The notes under the pieces: generated by a model
Told to the model about the DNA's origin: nothing
What the model saw: only the letters and a program-made list of their open reading frames with translations
Databases searched by the model: none
Assembly (NCBI RefSeq): GCF_006345805.1
Contig: NC_043010.1
Span: 41,850,001-41,914,000 of the forward strand
Direction: 5' to 3'
Length of the DNA: 64,000 bases
Source: Octopus sinensis
Taxonomy: Eukaryota
In this document: positions 25,862-37,600 of the stretch, in pieces
Layout: the number at the start of each line of letters is the position of its first letter
Position numbering within the stretch: position 1 is the stretch's first letter
Program-made: the position numbers and the translations under genes

Positions 25862-27192
25862 TGTATGTATGTATGTATACGCTCACGCACACATATACAC
25901 ACTCATATATGTATCGTTTCACCGAAAAACGAAAATATATGCATATATTTATACCTGCTATAAATTAACAGGCATTACTTCAATTTAAACAGTAGTAAAC
26001 ATTGTACTTAATAAGCACTAATTTGAGATAGAAAACTATTTAGGAAATATGTGAGCTGAAACATAGCAACTCTTTGAGTAAACGTCTTGTTCTCACTTAA
26101 CTTAAGAATAAAGGTCTATCTGTTTGTTTTTTTACGGAATTATCACCTCCACCACGACTACTTCTTCTTGATTCGTCAGCAACATAGATCTGTACAGATA
26201 TAGTCTTGTTGTACAAATACCAAACAACAATTGCTGTATAGTACACTTTGAGAACTGTTCTTGGCATTTTCAGACACACGGTCAATATTTGGTAATCATT
26301 TTACATTGCTATCTTTTCAAACAGCCTCAATGCAACCGTCTGTCTGCAAGAAATAATAACCAAATACCCCTCAAAGTACGCAATACCGTTTGACGAAAGA
26401 ATGAAATGGATAATGTGGTATATAGCTTGCACAGCGCCTGTGAAGAAGGACTGAATAGTTGCGGCTTTGACTGAATAGTTATGGCGGCAAGCCATAACTA
26501 TTCGTCAACGAAGAGCCTCTATGTGATTATTTGACACGCTGGAAATAGCAGTTAAATCTTCCTCACCACCCACTAGCGTTTTAAAAACAGAAAGGACGCA
26601 GTGAATAATATCGTCCCAGATGTAGCCTTCCTAAAATCAATACCGGATTATTATGGTAGGAAAGCCTAGAATTAAAAAAGTTAAGAATTAAAAAAGTAGT
26701 GGCTGCAACAACAAGAGCAACAGCCAAAAGAACAAAACAATATACGATTAATGATTTAAGCTATTTTCTACTGTGTATTGGTATACATAATTGCGATGTT
26801 TATACAATGGATGAAAGATTCTTTCTAACGAAGATTTTGCACTGAAATATGCATACTTAGTGCATTATATTTCCCAAACTTACTATAATCTCATATAAAT
26901 CAATGAAGGGGCATGCTCTAACCCGCTCTTCGACAGATTTAAAAAATTCTTGCAATGATTCAGTACTTTACTCAAGAATATTTTTGTTGTTGCTGCTATT
27001 CAGTTTGTTAGACGCATGTCACCCTGCTAGGGCACAGCTATGATTAAAATTTATTCTAGCCACGACTAACACATCATTATTATTATATATAGTGCACTTG
27101 GAATCATACCGTGTGATGTTTCCTTATACAAGGAGTAGATTTGACTGTAATTTGGTGGGACACATATATATGTTGGTGACGTCCTGTACCCA

Positions 27193-27270
27193 TATATGCA
27201 TATATGTATGTATGTATGTATGTATGTATATATGTATGTATGTATATATGTATGTATATATATATGTATG

Positions 27271-27336
<66 letters not shown>

Positions 27337-27345
27337 CATATATGT
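27193..27345. repeat. (TATG)n/(TA)n microsatellite
   Basis: Directly visible. Confidence 0.95.
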
Positions 27346-27430
27346 GTAAACATACATGCATAAATTTAAGTGACAGCATATAGATTCAATTAATCCGGTG
27401 TTACTCATAGAAAAAGCACTCATAGAAAAG

Positions 27431-29833
27431 CATGGGTTGGCAGGTGGCAGATAGTCGAATACCCATCAGATATGATGGGCAGCTGCGAAATAAGCGGATA
27501 CTTCGTCGAATAGGCGGATTCCCCGACGAATAAGCAGTCCCGGACCATCAGCGTTTGAGCCTGGACATGATTTGAAATTGTATCCGATGACAAAGGAATT
27601 TACCTTGAGGAAAGATGGTCGTTTGCTTCCCGGACGAGCAACCAAGACTCTCGGTTCTACTGAGATGACTGAGCAGCCCTGTTTAGGGATGCGCTGCTCA
27701 CCCCAAGATGGGGATGGGCCTAGAAAATGTGGCCTATAAAAAACGCCTGCTCACACACCTAATCTGGATGGATAACCGTGTCCGTCGGAATGTCTATGAA
27801 AAGCGGTCGAAACATTAAAAGTAAAATTCAACCTCTGAATGTTGCAACCTAGAATGTCTACACTTTACTGGGCGACACCAACACCTCCCGTCCCAATCGC
27901 CACACTACTCTTGTTATGACGAAACTCCAATGCTACAACATCGACGTTGTCTCCCTCAGTGAAACTCGTTTCCTTGAGGAGGGGTCACTTACGGAGGTAG
28001 GCGAGGGATACACTTTCTTCTGGAAAGGTTACCCTGCTGGCTCCCCATGCATGCATGGAATTACTTTTGCTGTCAGATCAGCTTTGGTCCCATCGCTAAC
28101 TGAGTAACCAGTCGGCATCAGTGAACGGCTCATGACGATGCGCATCCCACTAACTTATGGCCATTCAGCCACACCGCTCAGTGCTTATGCACCAACTCTC
28201 ACATGAGCCAAAGAGGACAAAGATGCCTGCTACGCTTCCCTATATACTGCCCTGCAGCCCATTCCACGTGAAGACAAAGTCTTGCTTTTAGGCGACTTTA
28301 ACGCGAGAGTGGGTTAAAACCACCGCATTTGGCATGGTATTCTCGGTAGGCAAGGCATTGGAAACACCAACTCAAACGGCCTCCTCGAACTTTGTTCTGA
28401 ATTTTCACTTTGCATCACAAACACTCGATGTTTCACCTTGTTGAGAAACACAAAACAACATTGATGCACCCTAGATCAAAGCACTGGTACCTGATTGACA
28501 AGGCCATCACACGCCGCTCGGACTTGCAGGATGTGGAAAATCACCAGAGTTATGCGCGGTGCCAACTGATGGACCGACAACTGCTGGATCCAATGCCGGC
28601 TACGCTTACGAATTCGTTCTCTTATCCGTAAGCAAAAGAAGAAGCAGAAATTATATGTTGGAACCCTGCAATCCCGTGAAACTCGCCAGAAATTGGCAGT
28701 AACATGGGAACAAAAGTTTGCCGAACTCACTGATGCCGAAACTGGAACAAATGATGGACAAACCCTGACGTCAGAGTGGGATACTCTGGCAACAAATATC
28801 ATTAACGCTGCCAAAGATATACTTGGTGTTCTGGATAGACGTAATCAGGACTGGTTTGATGACAACTCGAGGGAGATCCACTCACTTCTACGTGAAGAGA
28901 ATGCTGCTCACTACAGACATCTCCATCAACCAACAGCAGCCAACCACAGACATTGGGCAATCTCCACTCTGACGTCCATCAAAAACTTAGAACCATGGTG
29001 GAAGACTAAATCACAAGAAATACAAGGATATGCTGACACAAACAACATCCAAGCTTTCTAAGAATTCATAAAGACGGCATACGGCCCAATTAGAGGACCC
29101 TTCCGCCCCGTATGGAATGATTATTCAACATCACTCGTCAAGGACCGAGATGGCATTCTGTCACGATCGGCTGAACACTTCAACACCCTCATCAACCGTA
29201 GAAACACTATAGACACTTTTTTCTTGACAACATCTCTTCACTACCACCCAGCGATTGCCTAGATGATACACCAACCTTTGGCGAAACTGAATCTGCAATA
29301 AACGGCCTCAGGTTGAACAAGGTATTCGGAATTGACCATCTGCCGGCCGGGATCTTGAGGTATGGCGGCCGGTCCCTCAAGACCCGTTCCCATGCTTTTA
29401 TCTGCAGAGCATGGACTTCCCACTGCGTGCCTCAACAATGGAAATGTGCCAACATTGTTGCCATATACAAAAACAAAGGTGACAGAGCAGTCTGTGGAAA
29501 TAGCCGAGACATCACCTTGCTTTCGGTTGCTGGTAAGGTCCTTGCTCGAGTCCTCCTGTCACGCCTTCTGAGGCATGTTGTCGATGTTTACTGCCTGAAA
29601 CCCAATATGGTTTTCGAAACGCCTGCTCGACTGTTGACATGATCTTTGTCGCACGTCTTTGGGAGAATTGCCGTGAGGAAAACCACCCCCTAAAGGCCTT
29701 TATAGACTTAACCATGGCTTTTATAGACTTAACCAAAACCTTCGACACCATTGACCCTAATGTTTTCTGGGAAATCCTGACAAAATTTGGCTGCCCAGCA
29801 AATTTTCTTGCCATTCTGAAGGACTTCTACAAC
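27431..29833 (+). mobile_element. RTE-clade LINE: structured 5' UTR, APE endonuclease and N-terminal RT, 3'-truncated; ORF (ATG near 27790) broken by stops and frameshifts
   Basis: LNVAT*NV, IDVVSLSETRF, SAYAPT, LLGDFNARVG, NQDWFDDN, GIDHLPA, GNSRDITLLSVAGKVLARVLL and AFIDLTKTFDT. Confidence 0.92.
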
Positions 29834-30358
29834 AGTTTGAAATTAAAACTGTATATTAATTTTGTTAGAATGTACAAGGTTCATTAATTTCAGTGGTGGT
29901 CGACAAGTCATACTGAAAAGAACAAGTATGAGAATTAAAATAGTAAAAAAGGGAAATTACGGTTTCTCAGATCTTCTTTAAACAGTCGCTTTCGCTTGTA
30001 ATAGTATGTTTAGGGAAAGATGTATTTATAAATTTATTTATGCGAGCGGACCTGATTTTGATTCGTCGACGTTCTTCTTACGTGGTCAAGCTTGTCGTTC
30101 TGCTTGGTTGGTTTCCTTTCGGATACGGTTATAGGTCGTTCCGGTTGGTTGGTTGATATAAAGGGTCTTTTCATTGTATTCGTTGAAGTTCAGTTTTGAT
30201 TGGTTTGGAATTATGTGACGTCAACAACTTGTGTTTCCATTTACTTACTATTTTAATTCTCACACTTGTTTTTTTTTCAGTATGACTTGTCGACCGCCAC
30301 TGAAATTAACGAACATTGTACATTCTAACAAATTAATATACAGTTTTAATTTCAAACT
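29834..30358. mobile_element. Foldback/MITE-like element with ~113-bp inverted arms
   Basis: 29834-29946 is the near-perfect reverse complement of 30245-30358. No clear TSD. Confidence 0.8.
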
Positions 30359-30384
30359 TACACCTTCTGTTTTGAACATGATAA

Positions 30385-30479
30385 TTTATCAACATTGAAA
30401 CATTTTAATTTATTAGCATGGAAACATTTTACTTTGTCAACATTGAAACATTTTGATTTGTCAACATTGAAACTTATAA
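30385..30479 (+). repeat. 24-bp tandem repeat x4 (tttgtcaacattgaaacattttga-like)
   Basis: Units start at 30385, 30409, 30433 and 30457. Confidence 0.85.
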
Positions 30480-30504
30480 CGATGTTTTTCTAATGTTACA
30501 ATTT

Positions 30505-30545
30505 TACCACTGATAAAGAAAAATATTGTTGAAACTAGTTTGGTA
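30505..30545 (+). ncRNA. Minimal hammerhead motif, G8>A core substitution
   Basis: TACCA-CTGATAA-agaaaaatattgtt-GAAA-CTAG-TT-TGGTA; perfect stem I and palindromic stem III. Confidence 0.6.
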
Positions 30546-30752
30546 TATATGTAAATAAATGTATTTTAAACATTTACGAGCTTTTGAAATTTAGGTGCAT
30601 TTTCAACAACACATTTCCTATATATATCTATATATATATATAATATTTTTCCTTCACCCATTCCCTTCCGGTCATTCAATATGTGATCGCGTGTGTATCG
30701 TTGGCGATTTTCTTTCTCCGTCTTCCCTTCCTTGGACCTTTCCTTTTTCTAT

Positions 30753-30787
30753 GTTTCTGACAAAGAGCTCCGCTCGAAACGTTAAAT
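30753..30787 (+). ncRNA. Minimal hammerhead motif in a PLE terminal-repeat-like segment (~30650-30885), G8>A
   Basis: GTTT-CTGACAA-a gagc tcc gctc-GAAA-CG-TT-AAAT; the segment ends at (TA)n. Confidence 0.65.
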
Positions 30788-30880
30788 CTTCCTTCTTTCT
30801 TTCCTTTCCTGAGCGTCTAATAACACTATACCTGTTCCACGTCCTCGTGTTGTTGTGTTTTCTCTTTGTTCATGTTTGGA

Positions 30881-30947
<67 letters not shown>

Positions 30948-31506
30948 CGAACACACATGCACAAAGTATGTAATTTGCGATTTCATGTGTAGGCTGCGCT
31001 TATAGGCATAAGAGGATATATTCTCATCCATGCACTTGGTTTTAAAACACCCGGAAGTCACAGACAAGCGAGAAGTCCCATTCAGGAGCAACAAACATCA
31101 ATATTTAGTAATTTTTTTGACTTGTCAATACCACGCACCTGGACTAGGCCCGATGCAAACTAAATTGCTGTCTATGACTAAATACAGAATGGTGTAGGAA
31201 TTATCTGCTGATATGTCTCTACGGTTCATACCACAGAAAACATTCAAATATACACATATCCATAAGTGGTGTCAAAACCGGTTAGTTTATACTGGCATCG
31301 TGTAGTAATAATGAAATTAAACCTAAAATAATTTAATACCTACGTTTCACGTAGGAAATACATCCATTACGTAAACCTTCCTCGGTTGAAGCATTTTAAA
31401 AACTATCTGGTCTTCACTCTACTTAAACGGTTACTTTAACAACGATTTGGAGTAGTTTATTATAACTGACTCGAGTCGAACATTCACCACTCTTAGCTTA
31501 AGATGG

Positions 31507-31549
<43 letters not shown>

Positions 31550-32235
31550 TTGCGCGCATCTGTGGATTGTTCTTATGTAGTTTTGCACTAGTATGACTCT
31601 TGAATTTTGGGCTCTCTTGAATTTCGTCCCTCTTGAATTTTATTCACCCCCAGTGCAGTATGGATTTCTCAGTTTTTAATTACTCTCAGGCTGAACTGGG
31701 GACAGCTAAACCAAATCACAATCTGTTGATTGTTGGGCTATTTTAGAACTATTCTAGATATTAAATTCTTTTTATGAAATAAAATACTTTTCAAAACACT
31801 TACCCAGTATTTCTGGCCTTGTACCTATGTTAGAACTCATTAATGTGTTTTGTCCATATAAAATCGTTCTAATGCAATGCTGAGTGGTTTCTTCCTTAAA
31901 TGATTGTAAACAAAGAGTAACCAATAATGATCAAAGCAGCTGGTGAGTCATTGTTTAGAGTATTTCACAGTCACAGAAACTAAATTTCGTATCATGTCCC
32001 CGTTTCATGTTAGTATCTCTTTGTCTATGCCAAATATTTTGTTATATTTCGAATTTCAGTTTTAAACAAAATTCTTGTCTCACCGCACCGATTAGAATGG
32101 TCATGAGATATTGCATATTCATTGTCTAAATAATATTTCCCCGCTTGATTCGAGTGGCAAACAGGAAAAGAATTGGAAAATTTCGTAGATCAGCTGAAAA
32201 ATATTACTCTCAGTATTTGAAGTAAATTTTCCTTA

Positions 32236-32237
<2 letters not shown>

Positions 32238-32315
<78 letters not shown>
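32238..32315. repeat. (GA)n microsatellite
   Basis: Directly visible. Confidence 0.95.
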
Positions 32316-32318
<3 letters not shown>

Positions 32319-32999
32319 CAGGCTGAAACAGTAAAAGAGGGAGAAGGACGATGCGAACAATATACATTTTCAAAATGGCTTATTTATGCATGAATCTTTA
32401 GTTAAAAAACCCAAATGTTTTTATAAAATAAAAATATGCAATTGGGCATCAAACTAGAAAACTTAAAGTATGAATATTTATTTAACGAAACAATGAAAAA
32501 GTCTAGCTAGTTATTCTATATTGTTTTTGAAGCAATTCAATTCATTACTACTTTTAAGAATTATTCAGTCGGCAATATTAATTGATATTAATACTGAATA
32601 TCTCGACAAATATTCGATATTTATACACTTGGCCCATTTAGTCAACCAACTGAAATTGACAATTCAGCTGAATCATATTTCATACTCTACTGTGTGTAAA
32701 ACGGCAAATCCATTATAAGTATATATTTGGTAAAATATATGCATATCGTATTCGTTTAAAGAGGAGTCTAATAATATATTCAAAATATTTTGTATGTAAC
32801 TGATGTGCTGTTTATAAAAAGTACACCACCATACGATTAGTATTGAGAAATGTAAATGTATGCTCATGTCTCTCACCCTATCTCTCTCTCACACATACGC
32901 GCGCGCGCACACACACACCACACACACGCACGCACACACAAAAGATTCTGTCAACACGTATCCCTTACAACATTAATATCTTTTTCTAATTTTGGTACA

Positions 33000-33135
33000 A
33001 GGTTAGCCGTTTTGAGGGGAAAGGAAACGTCGATTACATTGACCCTAGTACTTGACTGGTACTTTATTTCATCGAGTCCGAAAGGATGAAGCATAAAGTC
33101 GACTTCGGCAGAATTTGAACTTAGTACATGAAGAA
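33000..33135 (-). mobile_element. SINE family S2 fragment
   Basis: gaaaggatgaagcataaagtcgacttcggcagaatttgaact matches S2. Confidence 0.8.
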
Positions 33136-34062
33136 TTTTAACTCAAAATTTGCGTGTAAGATGCCATTCCAGCCGTTCACTAATATTAAAATGCAGACCG
33201 TCCTTCAGAATATTTTTATCCGCCTGAAGAAATCCAGCTATCTTCTATCATAGATGAGCACTAATTTGATAAGAACGGCCTTTGTACGCGCTAGAACTAT
33301 TAACTTACGACCCAGGCCTAAGATTCCTTGCATCTTCCCAATACAAACCTGATAAGAGATGCGTATATTTATACCTCCATTCCTGTACCGGTCCTACTTA
33401 GACAGTTTGTGTACTTGTAATATGATTTTCTTCGTTTCTATATCTTGTATTGCGACCGCCACTTGTCACCCGACATCTATTTCTGGTGGCACAATGACCA
33501 CCATTATTTTCCCCATTTTCCGGCCAAGTAACTCAGTATGATGACTAGTTCGTAAGTCTTTAAGAGTCGGAAATCTTACCTTCACCATACTAAACCCTCC
33601 CCTTTGAACAACGTGGCTTTTGCTGCCCTAGACTGGTTTCAGACGTGTTACATTCATTTCTGAATTTAAGCTTGCGTTACTCGCTCGTGATCAGCGATTA
33701 TACACTTGAATGTAACAGATTTTCAGGTGTCATTTGGATCTACACAAGCACATTTACAGAGAATTTAATAATTCTTTGCTTCATTTAGAACCCAGGGTGA
33801 TAAAATCAACCGATCTTATGTTCGACATGCACTAGTGGAACATTTAGCAGTTGGCTTGCTTGTCGCGATGTTAGCGCTATTGACTGTATCGGTGTTAATT
33901 GCGGTGATGCTCGCGTTATTCTTTTCAATGGTATGAATCCTGCTACAAATATTCTCACGGGGTATGAAGAGGAAGCTGAGGAAATTTTTCATCGACACTG
34001 TTCCAGCAGCCATTCGTATCCTCCATTTGCGATACCATGCTTGCTAATCATTTTAAATAATA

Positions 34063-34106
<44 letters not shown>

Positions 34107-34127
34107 AGTAATAATAATAATAGTGAA

Positions 34128-34182
<55 letters not shown>

Positions 34183-34253
34183 GTAAATAATAACAAAATA
34201 AAATAATAAGATATAATAATGAAATCACAATAATAAAATAATAATAAAAGTAA

Positions 34254-34802
34254 ATGCCTTGATACTGTACTAGACAGTGGCTCTCATGGCTTCTGATCTT
34301 AACTGATTGCAAGTGTTATCATGTCCATGTTTTGTCTTGTTATAAATGATGGTCTACAGCAAATATTCTGCTCAATACCACAGATTTACTTGTGAGTTGC
34401 ATGACCGTAACCAGTTGAGCATGTCACATATAGTGGCTGACGATATGTGCATCTCTGATCACGAGAAGGAGTAGACATCATATCCATGTGCTGAGAGAAA
34501 TTCTTTGGGGTTGAGTAATTCACCTCTGGAAATATGGGCGTTTCGGCCATCATCCTTAAATAACCTTTATTCAGGGTCTTTGTGTGGGACGGGTTTTGCA
34601 ATCAGAAGTAAGTTCTAACTGGGCCCCACCTGCAATGTTATGCACTGTTTATCTTGATATAAGCTCACCATATCACGCACATATGGTTGTGATACATGTG
34701 CCTGATGTACCTTCATCAGACGGTTAGTCATGATGGCTATATTGGGTTTCGTATATTTGTACCCTAGTGTCACTTTGGTGGCATGCATTGCACTCTCACT
34801 CA
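34254..34802 (+). mobile_element. ~550-bp non-coding element embedded in (AAT)n, copy 1
   Basis: Near-identical to 34914-35464 and homologous to the reverse complement of 45591-46148. Confidence 0.85.
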
Positions 34803-34913
34803 ATAATAATAATAATAATAATAAATAATAATAATAATAAAAGTAAATAATAACAAAATAAAATAATAAGATATAATAATGAAATCACAATAATAAAATA
34901 ATAATAAAAGTAA

Positions 34914-35463
34914 ATGCCTTGATACTGTACTAGACAGTGGCTCTCATGGCTTCTGATCTTAACTGATTGCAAGTGTTATCATGTCCATGTTTTGTCTTGT
35001 TATAAATGATGGTCTACAGCAAATATTCTGCTCAATACCACAGATTTACTTGTGAGTTGCATGACCGTAACCAGTTGAGCATGTCACATATAGTGGCTGA
35101 CGATATGTGCATCTCTGATCACGAGAAGGAGTAGACATCATATCCATGTGCTGAGAGAAATTCTTTGGGGTTTGAGTAATTCACCTCTGGAAATATGGGC
35201 GTTTCGGCCATCATCCTTAAATAACCTTTATTCAGGGTCTTTTGTGTGGGACGGGTTTTGCAATCAGAAGTAAGTTCTAACTGGGCCCCACCTGCAATGT
35301 TATGCACTGTTTATCTTGATATAAGCTCACCATATCACGCACATATGGTTGTGATACATGTGCCTGATGTACCTTCATCAGACGGTTAGTCATGATGGCT
35401 ATATTGGGTTTCGTATATTTGTACCCTAGTGTCACTTTGGTGGCATGCATTGCACTCTCACTC

Positions 35464-35464
<1 letters not shown>
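34914..35464 (+). mobile_element. ~550-bp non-coding element, copy 2 (tandem duplicate, period ~660)
   Basis: Differs from copy 1 essentially by homopolymer indels; the flanking irregular AAT tract is duplicated too. Confidence 0.85.
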
Positions 35465-35532
<68 letters not shown>

Positions 35533-36089
35533 GATGATGAAGAGAGATGGTTCCGGGCTTAATAACAACATGGACGTAAATTAAGAAGCTCTCTACACAA
35601 AACAAACTCAATCCAATAACATCGGATCGATGGGAAACTTCGCAATACAGCTGTGGGGAAAGTTTTGTTAAAGTATAGGAACTAAAAAACCGGAAAGATT
35701 TTTGTCATATAAAGCGTAGTTTCTTTCTTAAATGCACGAGGAAGTCGAAACCATCACCAGGAAACTTGGAAAATCACCACTTAAAGAGTAAGTACCTAAT
35801 TTGAATATTTACCTATACATGGAACTGTCCACGCATCCATGTACACATATTTATAGGCAACAGAAATAACGTCTACACGACTCACACGTACACACCCAGA
35901 AAATAAAAGAAAAAACGCGTGTCACGAGCGATGTCGTACCAAACATAAACAATAACGAAGGAACTTCCCACAAACAAATATAAAAAGGAGCAAATTAGTC
36001 ACTCAGTTTAAAACATAACCAAACAGTTATACTGGGAAAAAAAGCTACCAAGAAAAAAAATAAAGGCTATTTTCGATGTATCAGAATCG

Positions 36090-36410
36090 GAGACCCCCTT
36101 CGGGCACGAATGACCATGGGGTTGTCCCTAGAAAGTTACCCTCCCAGGGACAAGTCCGGGCAAGGTTGTTTGTGGAAGACCAGCAGTCGCCCATGCATAC
36201 CAGCCTCCCTTCTCCACGCCACCGATGTCATCCAAGGGAAAGGCAAAGGCCGATGCAGCTTGGTACCAGTGACGTCGCAACTCATTTCTACAGCTGAGTT
36301 AACTGGAGCAATGTGAAATAGAGTGTCTTGCTCAAGAACACAACACGCAGCCCTCTCCGGGATTCGAACTCACAACCTCACGGTCGTAAGCTCGACGCTC
36401 TAATCACTGA
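36090..36410 (-). mobile_element. tRNA-headed SINE (S3-related head, different body)
   Basis: Minus head tcagtgattagagcgtcgagcttacgaccgtgaggttgtgagttcgaatcccgg (A/B-box-like). Confidence 0.8.
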
Positions 36411-36439
36411 TATGATAAATATATCCATTCGAAGAACAA

Positions 36440-36845
36440 GGAAACGGTGTCAGGTTAAAAAGCCAACTCTGAACAAATATTGTCTCCTATTGTCACTGTC
36501 AATTTTCCAGTTTGCACTGCCAGAACAATCCAGGCTAATCGAGCAGACATGATTATTAAAGACAAGGAAGAAAAGACTTGTAAACTAATAGACGTAAGTG
36601 TTCCCACTGATGAAAATATATCTGTAAGGGAACTTGACAAACTAAGTAAATACAAGGACCTGGAAATTGAAATTCAAAAGATGTGGCATCTTAAAACGAG
36701 AACTATTCTTGTTGCTGTAGGTATGGTAAAAAAGATATGTGAGAAACATGTAGATAAGATCCGAGTAAAATCATATCTCAGAGAAATCCAAAAGATTGTG
36801 ATGAAAAGTATTGCTCATATCCTTAGAAAAACCCTATCCATTTAA
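36440..36845 (+). pseudogene. R4/Dong-like REL endonuclease 3' fragment
   Basis: ANRADMIIKDKEEKTCKLIDVSVPTDENIS..LSKYKDLEIEIQKMW..AHILRKTLSI*. Confidence 0.9.
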
Positions 36846-37011
36846 ATGTCTGTGTTGTATTATATAAAGATATTTCATGACATCTCCTCCCCAAGCTTTC
36901 AGTCGTACTGTAGGATCTCTTATCCTTCACTCGCCCCAAGACGCTGGGTGTGTCTCGGCAAGTGACTGTAACAAACATGCAGATTAAAAGTAAAATAATA
37001 ATAATAATAAT

Positions 37012-37087
<76 letters not shown>

Positions 37088-37102
37088 GTAATAGTAATAA
37101 TA

Positions 37103-37600
37103 AACGAGAAAACAACCATACTATGGGATATGCCAATACACACAGATAGAGAAATTGAGGCCAATAGACCAGATATAGTTGTCGGAGATCATGAAGAAAT
37201 AAAATGCTTTCTTATTGATGTATCAATACCAGCAGATGACAATGTTTCTCTAAAAGAAATGGAGAAACTTTCAAAATACAAAGACCTGGAAATAGAGGTA
37301 ATTCGAATGTGGAATCTAAAACTAGAAACAATTCCTATCATAGTGGGCGCATTAGGTATTATAAAAATATTCAGACAAATACATAACAAAAACACCAGGA
37401 CTTAGAAATATATATAACATACAGAAAATTGCACTACTGGACACTGCGCACATCCTACGCAAAACACTTTCAATACAGTAACCATCAGAGCATCACAACA
37501 AACCACAGCACATACCCGAGGCACACAAAGCTGCACTCGGTAGTGAAGTGAAAGCACGATATAAAAATAAAACTACTGAATAATAATAGTAATAATAATA
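37103..37600 (+). mobile_element. R4/Dong-like 3' end (REL domain plus 3' UTR) between (AAT)n tracts
   Basis: ILWDMPIHTDREIEANRPDIVV..LIDVSIPADDN..KYKDLEIE..IPIIVGALG; flanked by AAT/AAC arrays. Confidence 0.92.

Noticed and set aside
27100-27195. Possible PLE RT motif (MGT..SPTY) on minus
   Set aside because: It needs a frameshift in a very short match; not distinguishable from chance.
30385-30479. Short regularly spaced repeats here and at 31597-31640 as a CRISPR-like array
   Set aside because: These are eukaryotic tandem or subterminal repeats without unique spacers, and there are no cas genes.
31335-31390. Minus-strand CCGAGGA...GAAA-CG-TA
   Set aside because: U4 is mutated and stem I does not pair; too degenerate to call.
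36606-36640. CTGATGA here, at ~52360, and TCATCAG at ~34713/35375
   Set aside because: No properly placed GAAA/stem III; the first lies in the R4 coding sequence (PTDEN).
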